A stretch of 64,000 bases of DNA from NCBI GenBank assembly GCA_964632215.1, contig CAZWBG010000003.1, forward strand, positions 7,833-71,832. The letters run 5' to 3'. Under the pieces are notes generated by a model. It worked only from the letters and a program-made list of their open reading frames with translations, made no database searches and was not told the origin of the DNA. The DNA is from an uncultured Candidatus Saccharibacteria bacterium. Lineage in GTDB: Bacteria; Patescibacteriota; Saccharimonadia; Saccharimonadales; UBA7683. Made by a program: the position numbers and the translations under genes. Positions 34,580-44,056 of the stretch are shown here, piece after piece (the stretch's first letter is position 1; each line of letters begins with the position of its first letter).

Positions 34580-35145
34580 TGGAAGCAAAAAAACCACTAT
34601 TACTAGCACTTCTTGGTGTGCCAGGCTCTGGCAAGAGTTATTTTGCGCGTAACTTGGCACTGGAAATCGGCGCAGTTCATTTAAATAGCGATTCAATGCG
34701 CCTCGCAATTTTTAAATCAACTGATGAAACGACAAAAATCTATAATTCTGAAGACCGACCGAAACTAAATACCTATGTATTTGGCGCGCTTGACTATGTG
34801 AGCGCGCAAATACTAGGAAGCAGTACAAATCTTATATACGACGCTAATAACAATAGTCGAGAAGAAAGGGTGAGCCTAGAGAAGATCGCTCAAGAACATA
34901 GAGCTCTTGCAGTGGTAGTCTGGATCAAGACACCACATGAACTTGCCTTGAAACGTGGTCAAGAGCGGACGGCTACCAACGAACAGCGTCAGCTTTCGGC
35001 AGATGTCATGCGTGATACGATAGCCAAGCACGCTGCAAAGATTGATGAACCAAAAGATGACGAACATGTAGTTATAATTGACGGTACGATACCGTTTGAC
35101 GAGCAGTATGTCTCATTTACCGAACAACTGGAGACTATAATATGA
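34579..35145 (+). CDS. P-loop ATPase/kinase (AAA_33-like)
   Basis: Walker A 'LLGVPGSGKSYFA'. Size is ~188 aa. The gene shares a 1-nt overlap (TAATG) with pnp. Confidence 0.55.
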   Translation: MEAKKPLLLALLGVPGSGKSYFARNLALEIGAVHLNSDSMRLAIFKSTDETTKIYNSEDRPKLNTYVFGALDYVSAQILGSSTNLIYDANNNSREERVSLEKIAQEHRALAVVVWIKTPHELALKRGQERTATNEQRQLSADVMRDTIAKHAAKIDEPKDDEHVVIIDGTIPFDEQYVSFTEQLETII

Positions 35146-35714
35146 GTAAACGGGATGATTTGCAGGTGATTGCAGACGACATTATCAAGAATAATGTTAC
35201 GCCTGAGCTTCGGGATGGAGCGACTCAGTTGGTGTTTGCAGACGGCAACCCTGCGGCCGAGATTGTCTTTATTGGCGAGGCGCCTGGCAAAAATGAGGAT
35301 CTAAAAGGAATTCCATTTATCGGTGCAGCGGGGAAGTTTCTAGACGAGATGCTGAGTACAATTGGTCTCAAACGAGAAGATATTTACATTACGAATATTG
35401 TAAAATACCGTCCGCCAGAAAACCGCGACCCATTACCGGAAGAAAAGAAAGCATTTTGGCCATACCTGGTGCGTCAGCTTGATGTCATACAACCAAAATT
35501 GGTGGTGACATTAGGCCGGCACAGCATGGAATATTTTCTGCCCGAACAGAAGATAAGTACCATTCATGGTGAGCCCAAGCGGATTACATTCGGCGAGCGA
35601 AAGCAGGTGATTATGCCGTTATTTCACCCGGCTGCAGCGTTATATAACGGCGGGATGCGACAAACATTACTGGATGATTTTAGTCGGATCCCAAACATAC
35701 TAAAGAAGATTTAA
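35142..35714 (+). CDS. Uracil-DNA glycosylase, family 4
   Basis: Motif A 'GEAPGKNEDLKGIPFIGAAGKFLDEML' and motif B 'HPAAALYN'. ATGA overlap with the upstream gene. Confidence 0.85.
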   Translation: MSKRDDLQVIADDIIKNNVTPELRDGATQLVFADGNPAAEIVFIGEAPGKNEDLKGIPFIGAAGKFLDEMLSTIGLKREDIYITNIVKYRPPENRDPLPEEKKAFWPYLVRQLDVIQPKLVVTLGRHSMEYFLPEQKISTIHGEPKRITFGERKQVIMPLFHPAAALYNGGMRQTLLDDFSRIPNILKKI

Positions 35715-35909
35715 CAGGAAACAGAATGACAGAACACAGAAATTTATCAGGGATCAGAAAGCAGACGAAAGTTAGTGTCTGTTATCTGACATCTGCTAAA
35801 TTTCTGCAACCTGCAACCTGTCAGTCTGAAACAGCAAGAATACGAATAATAAATTGACTGGATCCCCGGTCAAGACCGAGGATGACAACCAGTTTGAAAG
35901 GAAAATTAT

Positions 35910-37898
35910 ATGGTAAAACCAAGAATGCAACCAAAGAGTCCCGAAGAGCGTAAGGAAAAAGCTCAGAAATATCAACAGAAACCACGAACCGACCGACCGG
36001 CTCGTCCGCAGATTAGTCAGATGAAGACTAATCGTGGCGAAGCAATTCGTGCAGGACGTCGTAACTTTGACACAGCCGATAAAGCAGTTGACCGTTGGAA
36101 CGTGTTTGAAAAGCATCACGAACATCAGGCAAACTATATCCCACTTTCTGCACCAGATAAGCTGAGAATCACTATTTTGGGTGGTCTTGAAGGAATCGGT
36201 GAAAAGAATATGATGGTGCTTGAGCATGGCAACGATGCAATTATTGTCGACTGTGGCTTTGACCTCTCGGTTGACCTACCAGGGGTAAACTTTGCTATTC
36301 CAGCAACTCAGTACCTTGAAGGTATTAAAGATAAAATTCGAGCTTACGTGGTAACACATGGTCACATGGATCACATTGCGGCACTGCCCTATGTAGGTGA
36401 GACATACCCAGCTCCAATTTACTGCGGTAGCCAATTTACGGCCGGTATGATAGAAAAGCAATTCGATAACATTAACCAAGAACGCGGTACCGACCTCAAC
36501 CCCGATATCGTTATTCTGGACATGGACAAGCACGAACGTTTTGTTATTTCGCCGTCGTTTACCATTGAGTATCTGCGTGTAACACACTCCATTCCAGACT
36601 GTTCATCGCTAGTAATCGATACGCCGTTTGGCCGAATCGTTAATACTGGTGATTTCCGTCTCGACCCTGAGCCACTGGATAACCACCCGTCAGATTTGGC
36701 TCGCTTCGCTGAACTTGGTAAAGAAGGTACATTGCTACTGATGAGCGATAGTACTAACGCGCGCTATCCTGGGCGAACTGATACCGAGCACACCTTGCAG
36801 CAAAGTTTTCACGATATTTTTGAGCAATCCGGTGGCCGTATTTTCGTGGCTATCTTCTCGACCAATATGAACCGAGTTCAGATGATTATTAACTCAGCTG
36901 CTATAGCTGGCCGTAAAGTCGCCTTCGACGGTCGCGGTATGATGACAGTTGGTGAGATTGCTGTGCGTACGGGGAACTTGAAGATTCCTAAGGGTACTGT
37001 TATTGCAATGCGTGAAGCACCAAATGTACCGGAAGATAAACTAGTGGTTGTCTGTACTGGTGGACAAGGTGAGCCAGGTTCAGCCTTGCAGCGCATGAGT
37101 ATTGGTGAGCATAAACACATTAAACTCAAAGCTGAGGATACGGTAGTAGTGAGTTCTTCGCCAATCCCTGGTAACGAAGTCCGTTATCAGCAGATTGGAA
37201 ACGATTTAGCGGAGCTTGGTGTTACCATCTTTAGGCACCCTTCACGAGAGCTTGATGGCTGTGGTCCGCTACACGTTTCAGGACACGCTAACCAGGATGA
37301 GCTCAAAGAAATGGTTGAGATGACAAAGCCAAAATGGGTCTTGCCGATTCACGGTGGTATGTTGGACCGTAGATACCACTCTATGGCAGCAGTAAAAGGT
37401 GGTGTACCTAAAGACCGCGTCATTTTGGCCAAGAACGGCTCAATTTTGGAGTTTGATAAGGACGGTAATATGACCGAGGCTGGCGAAGCTCCAGCGGGTG
37501 CCGTATTGGTAGACCAAACAGGTGCTCTAGTACCAGGCTTGGTAGCCAAAGACCGACTATTAATGTCAGAAGAGGGTATGGTTGTTATTATGCTAACAAT
37601 TGATAAGCGAAGTGGACGCCTCCTTACGAGCCCAGACATTATTACTCGTGGTTTCATCTATATTCGAGATAACACCGAGCTTATGGACGGTCTGCGTTCT
37701 GAGCTAAAGCGCGCAGCGGCTCAACGCTTTAACCGAGTAGATCTTGATCGTTTCAAGCAAGAGTTGAAAGACCACATTGGACACTACCTGTACGAGCACA
37801 CCAAGCGTTCACCAGTTTTGATACCAGTTGTGAATGTGATTGGTGCCAACGGACAAAGTAATGTTCGACCCAAACCTCAAGCCGATACAGGCCGCTAA
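35910..37898 (+). CDS. rnj: Ribonuclease J with ~85-aa basic N-terminal extension
   Basis: Metallo-beta-lactamase motif 'THGHMDHIAALP', beta-CASP layout, and 'HVSGHANQDELKEM'. The N-terminus 'MVKPRMQPKSPEERKEKAQKYQQKPRTDRPARP...' precedes the usual 'LRITILGGLEGIGEKNM' start. SD GAAAGGA is present. Confidence 0.85.
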   Translation: MVKPRMQPKSPEERKEKAQKYQQKPRTDRPARPQISQMKTNRGEAIRAGRRNFDTADKAVDRWNVFEKHHEHQANYIPLSAPDKLRITILGGLEGIGEKNMMVLEHGNDAIIVDCGFDLSVDLPGVNFAIPATQYLEGIKDKIRAYVVTHGHMDHIAALPYVGETYPAPIYCGSQFTAGMIEKQFDNINQERGTDLNPDIVILDMDKHERFVISPSFTIEYLRVTHSIPDCSSLVIDTPFGRIVNTGDFRLDPEPLDNHPSDLARFAELGKEGTLLLMSDSTNARYPGRTDTEHTLQQSFHDIFEQSGGRIFVAIFSTNMNRVQMIINSAAIAGRKVAFDGRGMMTVGEIAVRTGNLKIPKGTVIAMREAPNVPEDKLVVVCTGGQGEPGSALQRMSIGEHKHIKLKAEDTVVVSSSPIPGNEVRYQQIGNDLAELGVTIFRHPSRELDGCGPLHVSGHANQDELKEMVEMTKPKWVLPIHGGMLDRRYHSMAAVKGGVPKDRVILAKNGSILEFDKDGNMTEAGEAPAGAVLVDQTGALVPGLVAKDRLLMSEEGMVVIMLTIDKRSGRLLTSPDIITRGFIYIRDNTELMDGLRSELKRAAAQRFNRVDLDRFKQELKDHIGHYLYEHTKRSPVLIPVVNVIGANGQSNVRPKPQADTGR

Positions 37899-37947
37899 TA
37901 AGCAGTCGCATAAATGAGAAGAAAGTGTTGTAATTTTTTAACGCTTA

Positions 37948-37956
37948 TGGTATACT
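37948..37956 (+). promoter_or_regulatory. Extended -10 box (TGgTATACT) 7 nt upstream of ftsK ATG; leaderless candidate
   Basis: Sequence reads TGG-TATACT-actacat-ATG(37964). Confidence 0.5.
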
Positions 37957-37963
37957 ACTACAT

Positions 37964-40177
37964 ATGGCAAAAAAGAAAAAACCGGTACGCAAGGCCGTAA
38001 AAAAAACTACTTCTAAGCCAAAAGCCCAGCATATTCTACCAAGTGGCTGGTGGCAACAGGTTGTCAGCGTGTTGGTTGGGCTCACGGCTATACTCTTGAT
38101 TCTCGCGATGTTTAACCTTGCCGGGCCGTTACCAAAGGGTCTTTTAGATACGACCCGCACACTCTTTGGTTACGGAGCGTTTATATTACCAGTGGTGTTA
38201 ATTACGCTCACAATTCAGAAGTTTCTCTCGGAAGAGGGCCGCCTCAGCGTGATGGTATATCTAGGCTCATTTATATTCATGGGCTCATTGAGTGGCTTCA
38301 TGCATCTGTTTGTACCAGTTGGTCAATCGGCCGCTACGGTAGAAAAAGGCCAAGGTGGAGGTATGGTGGGTGCTTCTATCAATCAATTTTTGAGCAGCTT
38401 TTTAAGTCCAATCGCTCAGGGTGTTATATTATTCGCCCTGATTTTGCTTTCAATTCTCTTCATTTTAAAAATTCCGGTTAAAGATGTCTTTAAGGCATTC
38501 TTCGAAATATTTAAGAGCGATGAGCTCAGTAGTACAAAAGAACCCACTCTGGCCGTGGAGACCAAAAAGTCTACCCCTGAGCTTAAGATGAACACTGGTG
38601 TACCAGTAGAGGAGCAAGGTGAGTTTAAGGAAGAAACTAAGCCTTCGCGTCTTTCAACCCTGCGCAATAGTGTTGTTCAAGATAAAACTGAAGAGAGTAA
38701 AGAGGCGCTTACGCTTGCGAGCGATCCAGACTGGAATCTGCCTGGACTTGATATTCTTGTTAATAAACAATATAAAGCCGATGCTGGAGATATTAAGCAT
38801 AATGCTCAGGTTATTAAAGACACGCTACAAGATTTTAAAATTAATGTTGAGATGGAAGAGGCCAACGTTGGTCCGCGGGTCACTCAGTACACTATGCGTC
38901 CACCTGCTGGAGTACGTCTTTCTAAGATCACGGCTCTGGATACTAACTTAGCGCTCAATCTAGCCGCTGAGGCTATTCGTATGGAAGCACCGATTCCGGG
39001 CAAACGAGCTGTTGGTATTGAGGTACCAAACAAGAAGTCGGCCATTGTGACGCTACGTAGCGTGCTGGAATCGCCCGAGTGGACTAGTAGCGCCTCAACT
39101 CTAGCCTTTGCAATTGGTAAAGATATTGCTGGTCAACCAATTGTTGGCGAGCTGGAGAGTATGCCGCACCTGCTCGTAGCTGGTCAGACTGGTTCTGGTA
39201 AGTCAGTTATGATCAACACTTTGCTTAGCAGTTTACTGTACCGCAATAGCCCAGCTGATCTCAAGTTGATCTTAGTTGACCCCAAGCAAGTTGAACTGAC
39301 GCCGTATAATCATATTCCACATCTGCTAACCCCAGTAATTACGGAGCCCGAAAAATGTATTTCAGCGCTGAAATGGGCGGTGAATGAGATGGAGCGCAGA
39401 TATACACTGTTGGCTGAATCTGGCAAGCGAAATATTCAGGGTTTCAACGCTACCAACAAAGAAGACCATATGCCTTATATTGTAATCGTGATTGATGAGC
39501 TTGCAGACCTAATGATGCTTGCAGCTCGCGATGTCGAAGCTTTGATTGTGCGAATTGCCCAAAAAGCTCGAGCCGTTGGTATCCACCTGGTGCTTGCTAC
39601 ACAGCGACCAAGTGTGGATGTCATTACTGGGCTCATTAAAGCTAATATTCCGGCCCGTGTAGCCTTTACAGTTGCCTCACAAATTGATTCACGTACTATT
39701 ATCGATCAGATGGGTGCTGAGAAGCTGCTTGGTAAGGGTGATATGTTACTCACTACTGCTGCCAACCCGAAGCCACGTCGTGTTCAAGCAGCCTTTATGG
39801 ACGACCCTGAGATTATGAAGGTTACCGACTTTATGAAGATGCAGCGACCACCTGAATATAACGACGAGGTGGTAACGCAGCCAGTCCAGATCAGCAACAA
39901 GGGTGGCCTGGTGATGGATATGGACAACGCTGCAGACGACGATATGTATAAAGATGCCGTTCAATGCGTGATCGAGAGCGGTAAGGCTTCAGCTAGCCTT
40001 CTACAGCGCCGCCTGCGAGTAGGCTACGCCCGCGCGGCCAGGCTCATGGAAACTATGGAAGAGCAGGGGATTATTGGCCCAGCCGACGGTGCTCGTCCCC
40101 GCGACGTGCTTGTCTCAAGCCTCGACGATGTCTTCGGCAGCAGAGACACACAAGCCGACGCCCCAGAAGAAGTGTAG
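37964..40177 (+). CDS. ftsK: DNA translocase FtsK/SpoIIIE
   Basis: N-terminal TM helices and a linker. Motor Walker A 'AGQTGSGKSVMIN' and Walker B 'IVIVIDELADLMM'. C-terminal gamma wHTH 'ASASLLQRRLRVGYARAARLMETMEEQGIIG'. Confidence 0.92.
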   Translation: MAKKKKPVRKAVKKTTSKPKAQHILPSGWWQQVVSVLVGLTAILLILAMFNLAGPLPKGLLDTTRTLFGYGAFILPVVLITLTIQKFLSEEGRLSVMVYLGSFIFMGSLSGFMHLFVPVGQSAATVEKGQGGGMVGASINQFLSSFLSPIAQGVILFALILLSILFILKIPVKDVFKAFFEIFKSDELSSTKEPTLAVETKKSTPELKMNTGVPVEEQGEFKEETKPSRLSTLRNSVVQDKTEESKEALTLASDPDWNLPGLDILVNKQYKADAGDIKHNAQVIKDTLQDFKINVEMEEANVGPRVTQYTMRPPAGVRLSKITALDTNLALNLAAEAIRMEAPIPGKRAVGIEVPNKKSAIVTLRSVLESPEWTSSASTLAFAIGKDIAGQPIVGELESMPHLLVAGQTGSGKSVMINTLLSSLLYRNSPADLKLILVDPKQVELTPYNHIPHLLTPVITEPEKCISALKWAVNEMERRYTLLAESGKRNIQGFNATNKEDHMPYIVIVIDELADLMMLAARDVEALIVRIAQKARAVGIHLVLATQRPSVDVITGLIKANIPARVAFTVASQIDSRTIIDQMGAEKLLGKGDMLLTTAANPKPRRVQAAFMDDPEIMKVTDFMKMQRPPEYNDEVVTQPVQISNKGGLVMDMDNAADDDMYKDAVQCVIESGKASASLLQRRLRVGYARAARLMETMEEQGIIGPADGARPRDVLVSSLDDVFGSRDTQADAPEEV

Positions 40178-40367
40178 TGACCTTTAGAAGATTTAGAAGC
40201 AGGACTTCCTTGGTATAGGCATCATATGGTCTTTGACTATCGAGACCGGGCGGGTTTACTCAAGGACAGCCCAGGCCTAGAGCTTGAGGAGTGTAGATTT
40301 GCTCCGTTTAACGCACTTAGCCTACTAGCATCGCTAGATATGTCCTATACTCTCCGACCTTCGAGTG

Positions 40368-40396
40368 TTGACCAACAGGGGTGATTTTGGTATAAT
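40368..40396 (+). promoter_or_regulatory. Near-consensus promoter for rpsF operon (TTGACC-17-TGgTATAAT)
   Basis: -35 at 40368-40373, extended -10 at 40388-40396. An ~85-nt leader follows. Confidence 0.65.
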
Positions 40397-40484
40397 TAGC
40401 TTACTATTACTTAACTCATGCGTGGTGGAGTTGCAATCACGCTCCTGAGGAGTTTAATACTCAGCAGGAACCAAAGGAGTTCTC

Positions 40485-40832
40485 ATGGAAAAAACGTACG
40501 AACTAATCGTTGTACTACACCCAGATCTAGAGATTGATCTGGAAAAACCTCTTAAAAAGGTTGAAGAGATTATTACTCAAAATGGTGGAAAAATCACCAA
40601 GCAAGACAGTTGGGGTAAGCGAAAACTTGCCTATCCAATCCGCAAGCTAGACTACGGTATATATGTCTACTCAGAGGTAGAGATTGCGCCAACTCAAGCT
40701 AATAAGGTTCAGTCAGTTTTTAATATTACTGATGAAATTCTACGTTATCTTATGGTAGAAAAAGATCTTAAAGCTCCAGCCGCTACCGAAGCTGCCGCTG
40801 TTGTTGAGACTAAAGAAGTAAAGGAGGACTAG
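40485..40832 (+). CDS. rpsF: 30S ribosomal protein S6
   Basis: 'YELIVVLHPDL...WGKRKLAYPIRK' is canonical S6. SD AAAGGAG is present. Confidence 0.92.
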   Translation: MEKTYELIVVLHPDLEIDLEKPLKKVEEIITQNGGKITKQDSWGKRKLAYPIRKLDYGIYVYSEVEIAPTQANKVQSVFNITDEILRYLMVEKDLKAPAATEAAAVVETKEVKED

Positions 40833-40833
40833 T

Positions 40834-41304
40834 ATGGCAAAAGGATTTAACAAAGTTACTCTTATGGGTAATCTAACTCGTGATCCTGAAACTCGTACCA
40901 CACCGAATGGTCAGAGTGTTACTAACTTTAGTTTAGCCGTTAATCGTACCTGGAAGGGTGCTGATGGCAATACGCAAGAAGCAGTCAGCTACATCGACTG
41001 TGTTGCTTGGGGTCGCCCTGGTGAGGTTATCTCGCAGTATATGCAAAAGGGTCGCCCAATCTTGGTCTCTGGTCGTCTTGACCAGCGTAGTTGGGAGCAG
41101 GATGGCAACAAGCGTTCTAAGGTAGAGGTAGTTGTAGAAGACTTTAACTTTGTTGGTGGCGGCGGTGGTGAAGGCGGCGGTTATAGTGGTGGTGACTCAT
41201 CTACACCTGCCGCTAAGTCTGGTACTAAGAGTGATGCGCCTGATGATGTCGTGATCGAAGATATCGACGATAAGCCAATTGACCTCAGTGAAATTCCATT
41301 TTAA
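40834..41304 (+). CDS. ssb: Single-stranded DNA-binding protein
   Basis: OB fold 'NKVTLMGNLTRDPETRTTPNGQSVTNFSLAVNR', a Gly-rich linker, and acidic tip 'DLSEIPF'. Confidence 0.92.
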   Translation: MAKGFNKVTLMGNLTRDPETRTTPNGQSVTNFSLAVNRTWKGADGNTQEAVSYIDCVAWGRPGEVISQYMQKGRPILVSGRLDQRSWEQDGNKRSKVEVVVEDFNFVGGGGGEGGGYSGGDSSTPAAKSGTKSDAPDDVVIEDIDDKPIDLSEIPF

Positions 41305-41328
41305 TTTAAGAAGTACAGGAACTATATT

Positions 41329-41523
41329 ATGCTAAAGAAGAAACCAGATCTTACCTATTTTGACTATAAAGATATTAAGACACTCCAAAAGTTTGTGAAT
41401 CAGTTTGGACAAATTGAGCCAGCAGCAAAAACTGGGCTCTCAGCAAAGCAGCAACGGCAACTTGCCGTAGCAGTAAAGCGTGCTCGACACCTTGCTTTAC
41501 TTCCATTCATCGCACAAATTTAA
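41329..41523 (+). CDS. rpsR: 30S ribosomal protein S18
   Basis: '[51 protein letters not shown]'. Confidence 0.9.
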   Translation: MLKKKPDLTYFDYKDIKTLQKFVNQFGQIEPAAKTGLSAKQQRQLAVAVKRARHLALLPFIAQI

Positions 41524-41532
41524 GATGACTCT

Positions 41533-42093
41533 ATGTATCAGCCAACTGATCTAAAAAAAGGAACCATTCTACAACTCGAGGGAAAGCCTTACCGAGTTGT
41601 AGAATACTCCCAAAAAGTTATGGGTCGTGGAGGCTCCATTGTTAACGTTCGTATCAAGAACCTTATAGATGGTAGTGTCATCCCTAAGACCTTCAAGGGT
41701 GCAGATAAGATTGAACCAGCAAGTGTGAACACACGGGCAGTACAATTTTTGTATACAGACAGCGAACTCCACTTTATGGAGCCGGAGAGTTTTGAGCAAT
41801 TTTCTATTGCTAAAGAAGATGCCGAGCATGCTCTGGGTTATCTAAAAGAGGGTGACATGGTGAGCCTGCAATTTTTTGATGGACAAGTTATTAATATTGA
41901 GCTTCCAAAAAATGTCTATCTTGAGGTAACATACGCCGAGGATGTCGTTAAAGGTGATACCACTAGCTCAGTGCTCAAAGAAATCAAAACCGAAACTGGT
42001 TTGAGTGTAAAAGCCCCTTCGTTTATCAAAGTTGGTGATATTATTTCTGTTAGCACAGAGGATGGCAGTTATCGTGAGCGAAAAAAGGACTGA
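41533..42093 (+). CDS. efp: Elongation factor P
   Basis: 'DLKKGTILQLEGKPYRVVEYSQKVMGRGGSIVNVRIKNL' has the EF-P layout. Three-domain length is 186 aa. Confidence 0.9.
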   Translation: MYQPTDLKKGTILQLEGKPYRVVEYSQKVMGRGGSIVNVRIKNLIDGSVIPKTFKGADKIEPASVNTRAVQFLYTDSELHFMEPESFEQFSIAKEDAEHALGYLKEGDMVSLQFFDGQVINIELPKNVYLEVTYAEDVVKGDTTSSVLKEIKTETGLSVKAPSFIKVGDIISVSTEDGSYRERKKD

Positions 42094-42115
42094 TGCGCCT
42101 GAAGCAAGACGACTT

Positions 42116-42571
42116 ATGATCGCTGCTCCGCTGAGTTCTGTGGCTGTTCGTGAAGTGCTACCAAAATTACCACCACACGTAACAATAATCCCGTGGTTTG
42201 ACCTCTCTAGATCAGATTGGGGTGAATTTGATGCTGCTATGTGTGAGTTGACGGCTGAAGAGGACTTTAGTCATATTTTTGGTGGAGAGTCTGCGTGCTT
42301 CGGCGAAGCATGTGATGTGCGTGTACGCAAGCTTGCTGGGGTTCTGTTCGGTGTGCATGCACATGCACTTGGTGTCGTACATAGTTTTGGTTGTGAAGTA
42401 GACCCACAGTTTACGGGTATCAATTGGGCACCACATGTGACGAATACTGACCACTATGAGGTAGCTGAAGGCGAAGCCCTTGATCTGCAACAGATTGCAG
42501 TGTTCTCGAAAGACCCAGAAGACAGGGTTAAGCGGGTGGAGGCAGTGTATGTAAAGGGGTGCGTCTCGTGA
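42116..42571 (+). CDS. 2H phosphoesterase superfamily (LigT-like) protein, tentative
   Basis: Two H-x-T motifs, 'PPHVTIIPWF' and 'APHVTNTD', lie ~85 aa apart. The start is uncertain: ORF-track 42032 overlaps efp, and ATG 42116 is used here. Confidence 0.45.
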   Translation: MIAAPLSSVAVREVLPKLPPHVTIIPWFDLSRSDWGEFDAAMCELTAEEDFSHIFGGESACFGEACDVRVRKLAGVLFGVHAHALGVVHSFGCEVDPQFTGINWAPHVTNTDHYEVAEGEALDLQQIAVFSKDPEDRVKRVEAVYVKGCVS

Positions 42572-43293
42572 AGCATCGGCTTGATCACCTGCTAGTTGAG
42601 AAGAGCCTTGTCCCAACCCGCTCTCAGGCAGAGAGTTATATTCGCATGGGGCAAGTCAAGGTTAATGGCACGGTGATCAAGAAACCAGGTTATTTTGTCG
42701 CCGAAACTGCCCAGATCGAATTTGGGGTAAAAGAGCAATATGTGAGTCGGGCAGCTCTCAAGTTAGCCTCGGTCGCTCAGGTATTGAAGCTCGATTTTAA
42801 GCATAAAGTAGTATTAGATGTGGGGAGTAGTACTGGCGGATTTACCGATTATGTCTTGCAGCACGGTGCAACTAAAGTGATAGCAGTGGATGTTGGCACA
42901 CAGCAGCTACATCAAAAATTACGGGCAGATACACGTGTAGAACTACATGAGAAAACTGATATTCGTAGTTTTACATCTGAAGTTAGGGCTGATATTGCAG
43001 TTATCGATGTTAGCTTTATCTCTATGACTTTGGTGCTTGCCAGTGTGGGTAAATTGATTAAAGATGATGGCCAGATAGTGGCAATGCTCAAGCCACAGTT
43101 TGAGGCAGGCAAGGGGCAGCTTAATAAAGGTGTGGTTAAAAATAGTATTCAACGACGTGAGATTCTACAAAATTTTGAGCGATGGTGTAAGGACCATGGC
43201 TTTGTCATTCGTGCAAAATCAGATAGTGCAGTGAGTGGCGAAAAAGGTAACGTCGAGCGATTCTACTTATTAACCCTAGAGAAGCGCTCGTAA
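42559..43293 (+). CDS. tlyA: TlyA-family rRNA 2'-O-methyltransferase
   Basis: S4 domain 'RLDHLLVEKSLVPTRSQAESYIRMGQVKVNG' plus SAM-MTase motif 'VLDVGSSTGGFTDYVLQHGA'. Confidence 0.85.
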   Translation: MRLVKHRLDHLLVEKSLVPTRSQAESYIRMGQVKVNGTVIKKPGYFVAETAQIEFGVKEQYVSRAALKLASVAQVLKLDFKHKVVLDVGSSTGGFTDYVLQHGATKVIAVDVGTQQLHQKLRADTRVELHEKTDIRSFTSEVRADIAVIDVSFISMTLVLASVGKLIKDDGQIVAMLKPQFEAGKGQLNKGVVKNSIQRREILQNFERWCKDHGFVIRAKSDSAVSGEKGNVERFYLLTLEKRS

Positions 43294-43923
43294 CTTCTCA
43301 GGTTCACATACAACAATTTGTGGGCCACTGAGTATGATGTATCCATGTCTGGCGAGCGAGGTAAGTTCACGGCTGGTTGTCTCGCGACTCGCATTGATTG
43401 AGCTTGCAATATCATGACGGCGAATTGGTGCACTAATAGCAATGCCATCTTTTGTTTTAGTTCCAAAACGATCAGCGTGTGTCAGCAAGAATGAAGCTAC
43501 CCGTTCCCGAACGGTGCGATACTCGAGGTTGTTCACTCGTTCAGAGTGTAGTCGATAGGCCTCGATAGCCATATCTAGCAGCACGGGTACCACATGCTCA
43601 TTCTCTTGTAGGAACTTGAGGAAGTCACTCCGGGCAACTCGCCATAGAGTGGTGTCACTCATAGTCTCATAGGTAATATCACGATGTAGTCCCGTAAAGG
43701 CCCAGATGAGTGGGAATAGATCATCTTTCTGACGAATAATTAGAAGATTCTCCTCACCGTACTTAGTAATGGCATAGGCTTTTACAAACCCTGAGGTAAC
43801 GTAATAGATTCCACGCGGGTCATCACCAGCGTGGACGATCGATTCACCCTTTTTGTATGAAAGCTGTGTTCCAGTGTGAAAAAAGGCTATAAGTTTTTCG
43901 TGCGCTGCTTTATCCGCCAACAT
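43276..43923 (-). CDS. Crp/Fnr-family transcriptional regulator
   Basis: cNMP-binding beta-barrel ('GESIVHAGDDPRGIYYVTSGFVKAY') and C-terminal HTH ('RHDIASSINASRETTSRELTSLARHGYI'). I prefer ATG 43923 (MLADK), which is preceded by TGtCATACT plus 6 nt, over ORF-track GTG 43974. Confidence 0.75.
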   Translation of the reverse strand: MLADKAAHEKLIAFFHTGTQLSYKKGESIVHAGDDPRGIYYVTSGFVKAYAITKYGEENLLIIRQKDDLFPLIWAFTGLHRDITYETMSDTTLWRVARSDFLKFLQENEHVVPVLLDMAIEAYRLHSERVNNLEYRTVRERVASFLLTHADRFGTKTKDGIAISAPIRRHDIASSINASRETTSRELTSLARHGYIILSGPQIVVCEPEKLRALL

Positions 43924-43929
43924 GCCACC

Positions 43930-43938
43930 AGTATGACA
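43930..43938 (-). promoter_or_regulatory. Extended -10-like box (TGtCATACT) 6 nt upstream of ATG 43923
   Basis: The minus strand reads TGT-CATACT-ggtggc-ATG. Confidence 0.35.
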
Positions 43939-44056
43939 GGTCAGGATATTTTTATAAAGCGTGATAAAGATCACTACTCATATGTGAGATTGCGTACAGC
44001 ATGCTACTCCCGTTAGCCTATACTAAGAGTACAAGGTAAGGCAAAGGAGGCGAACA

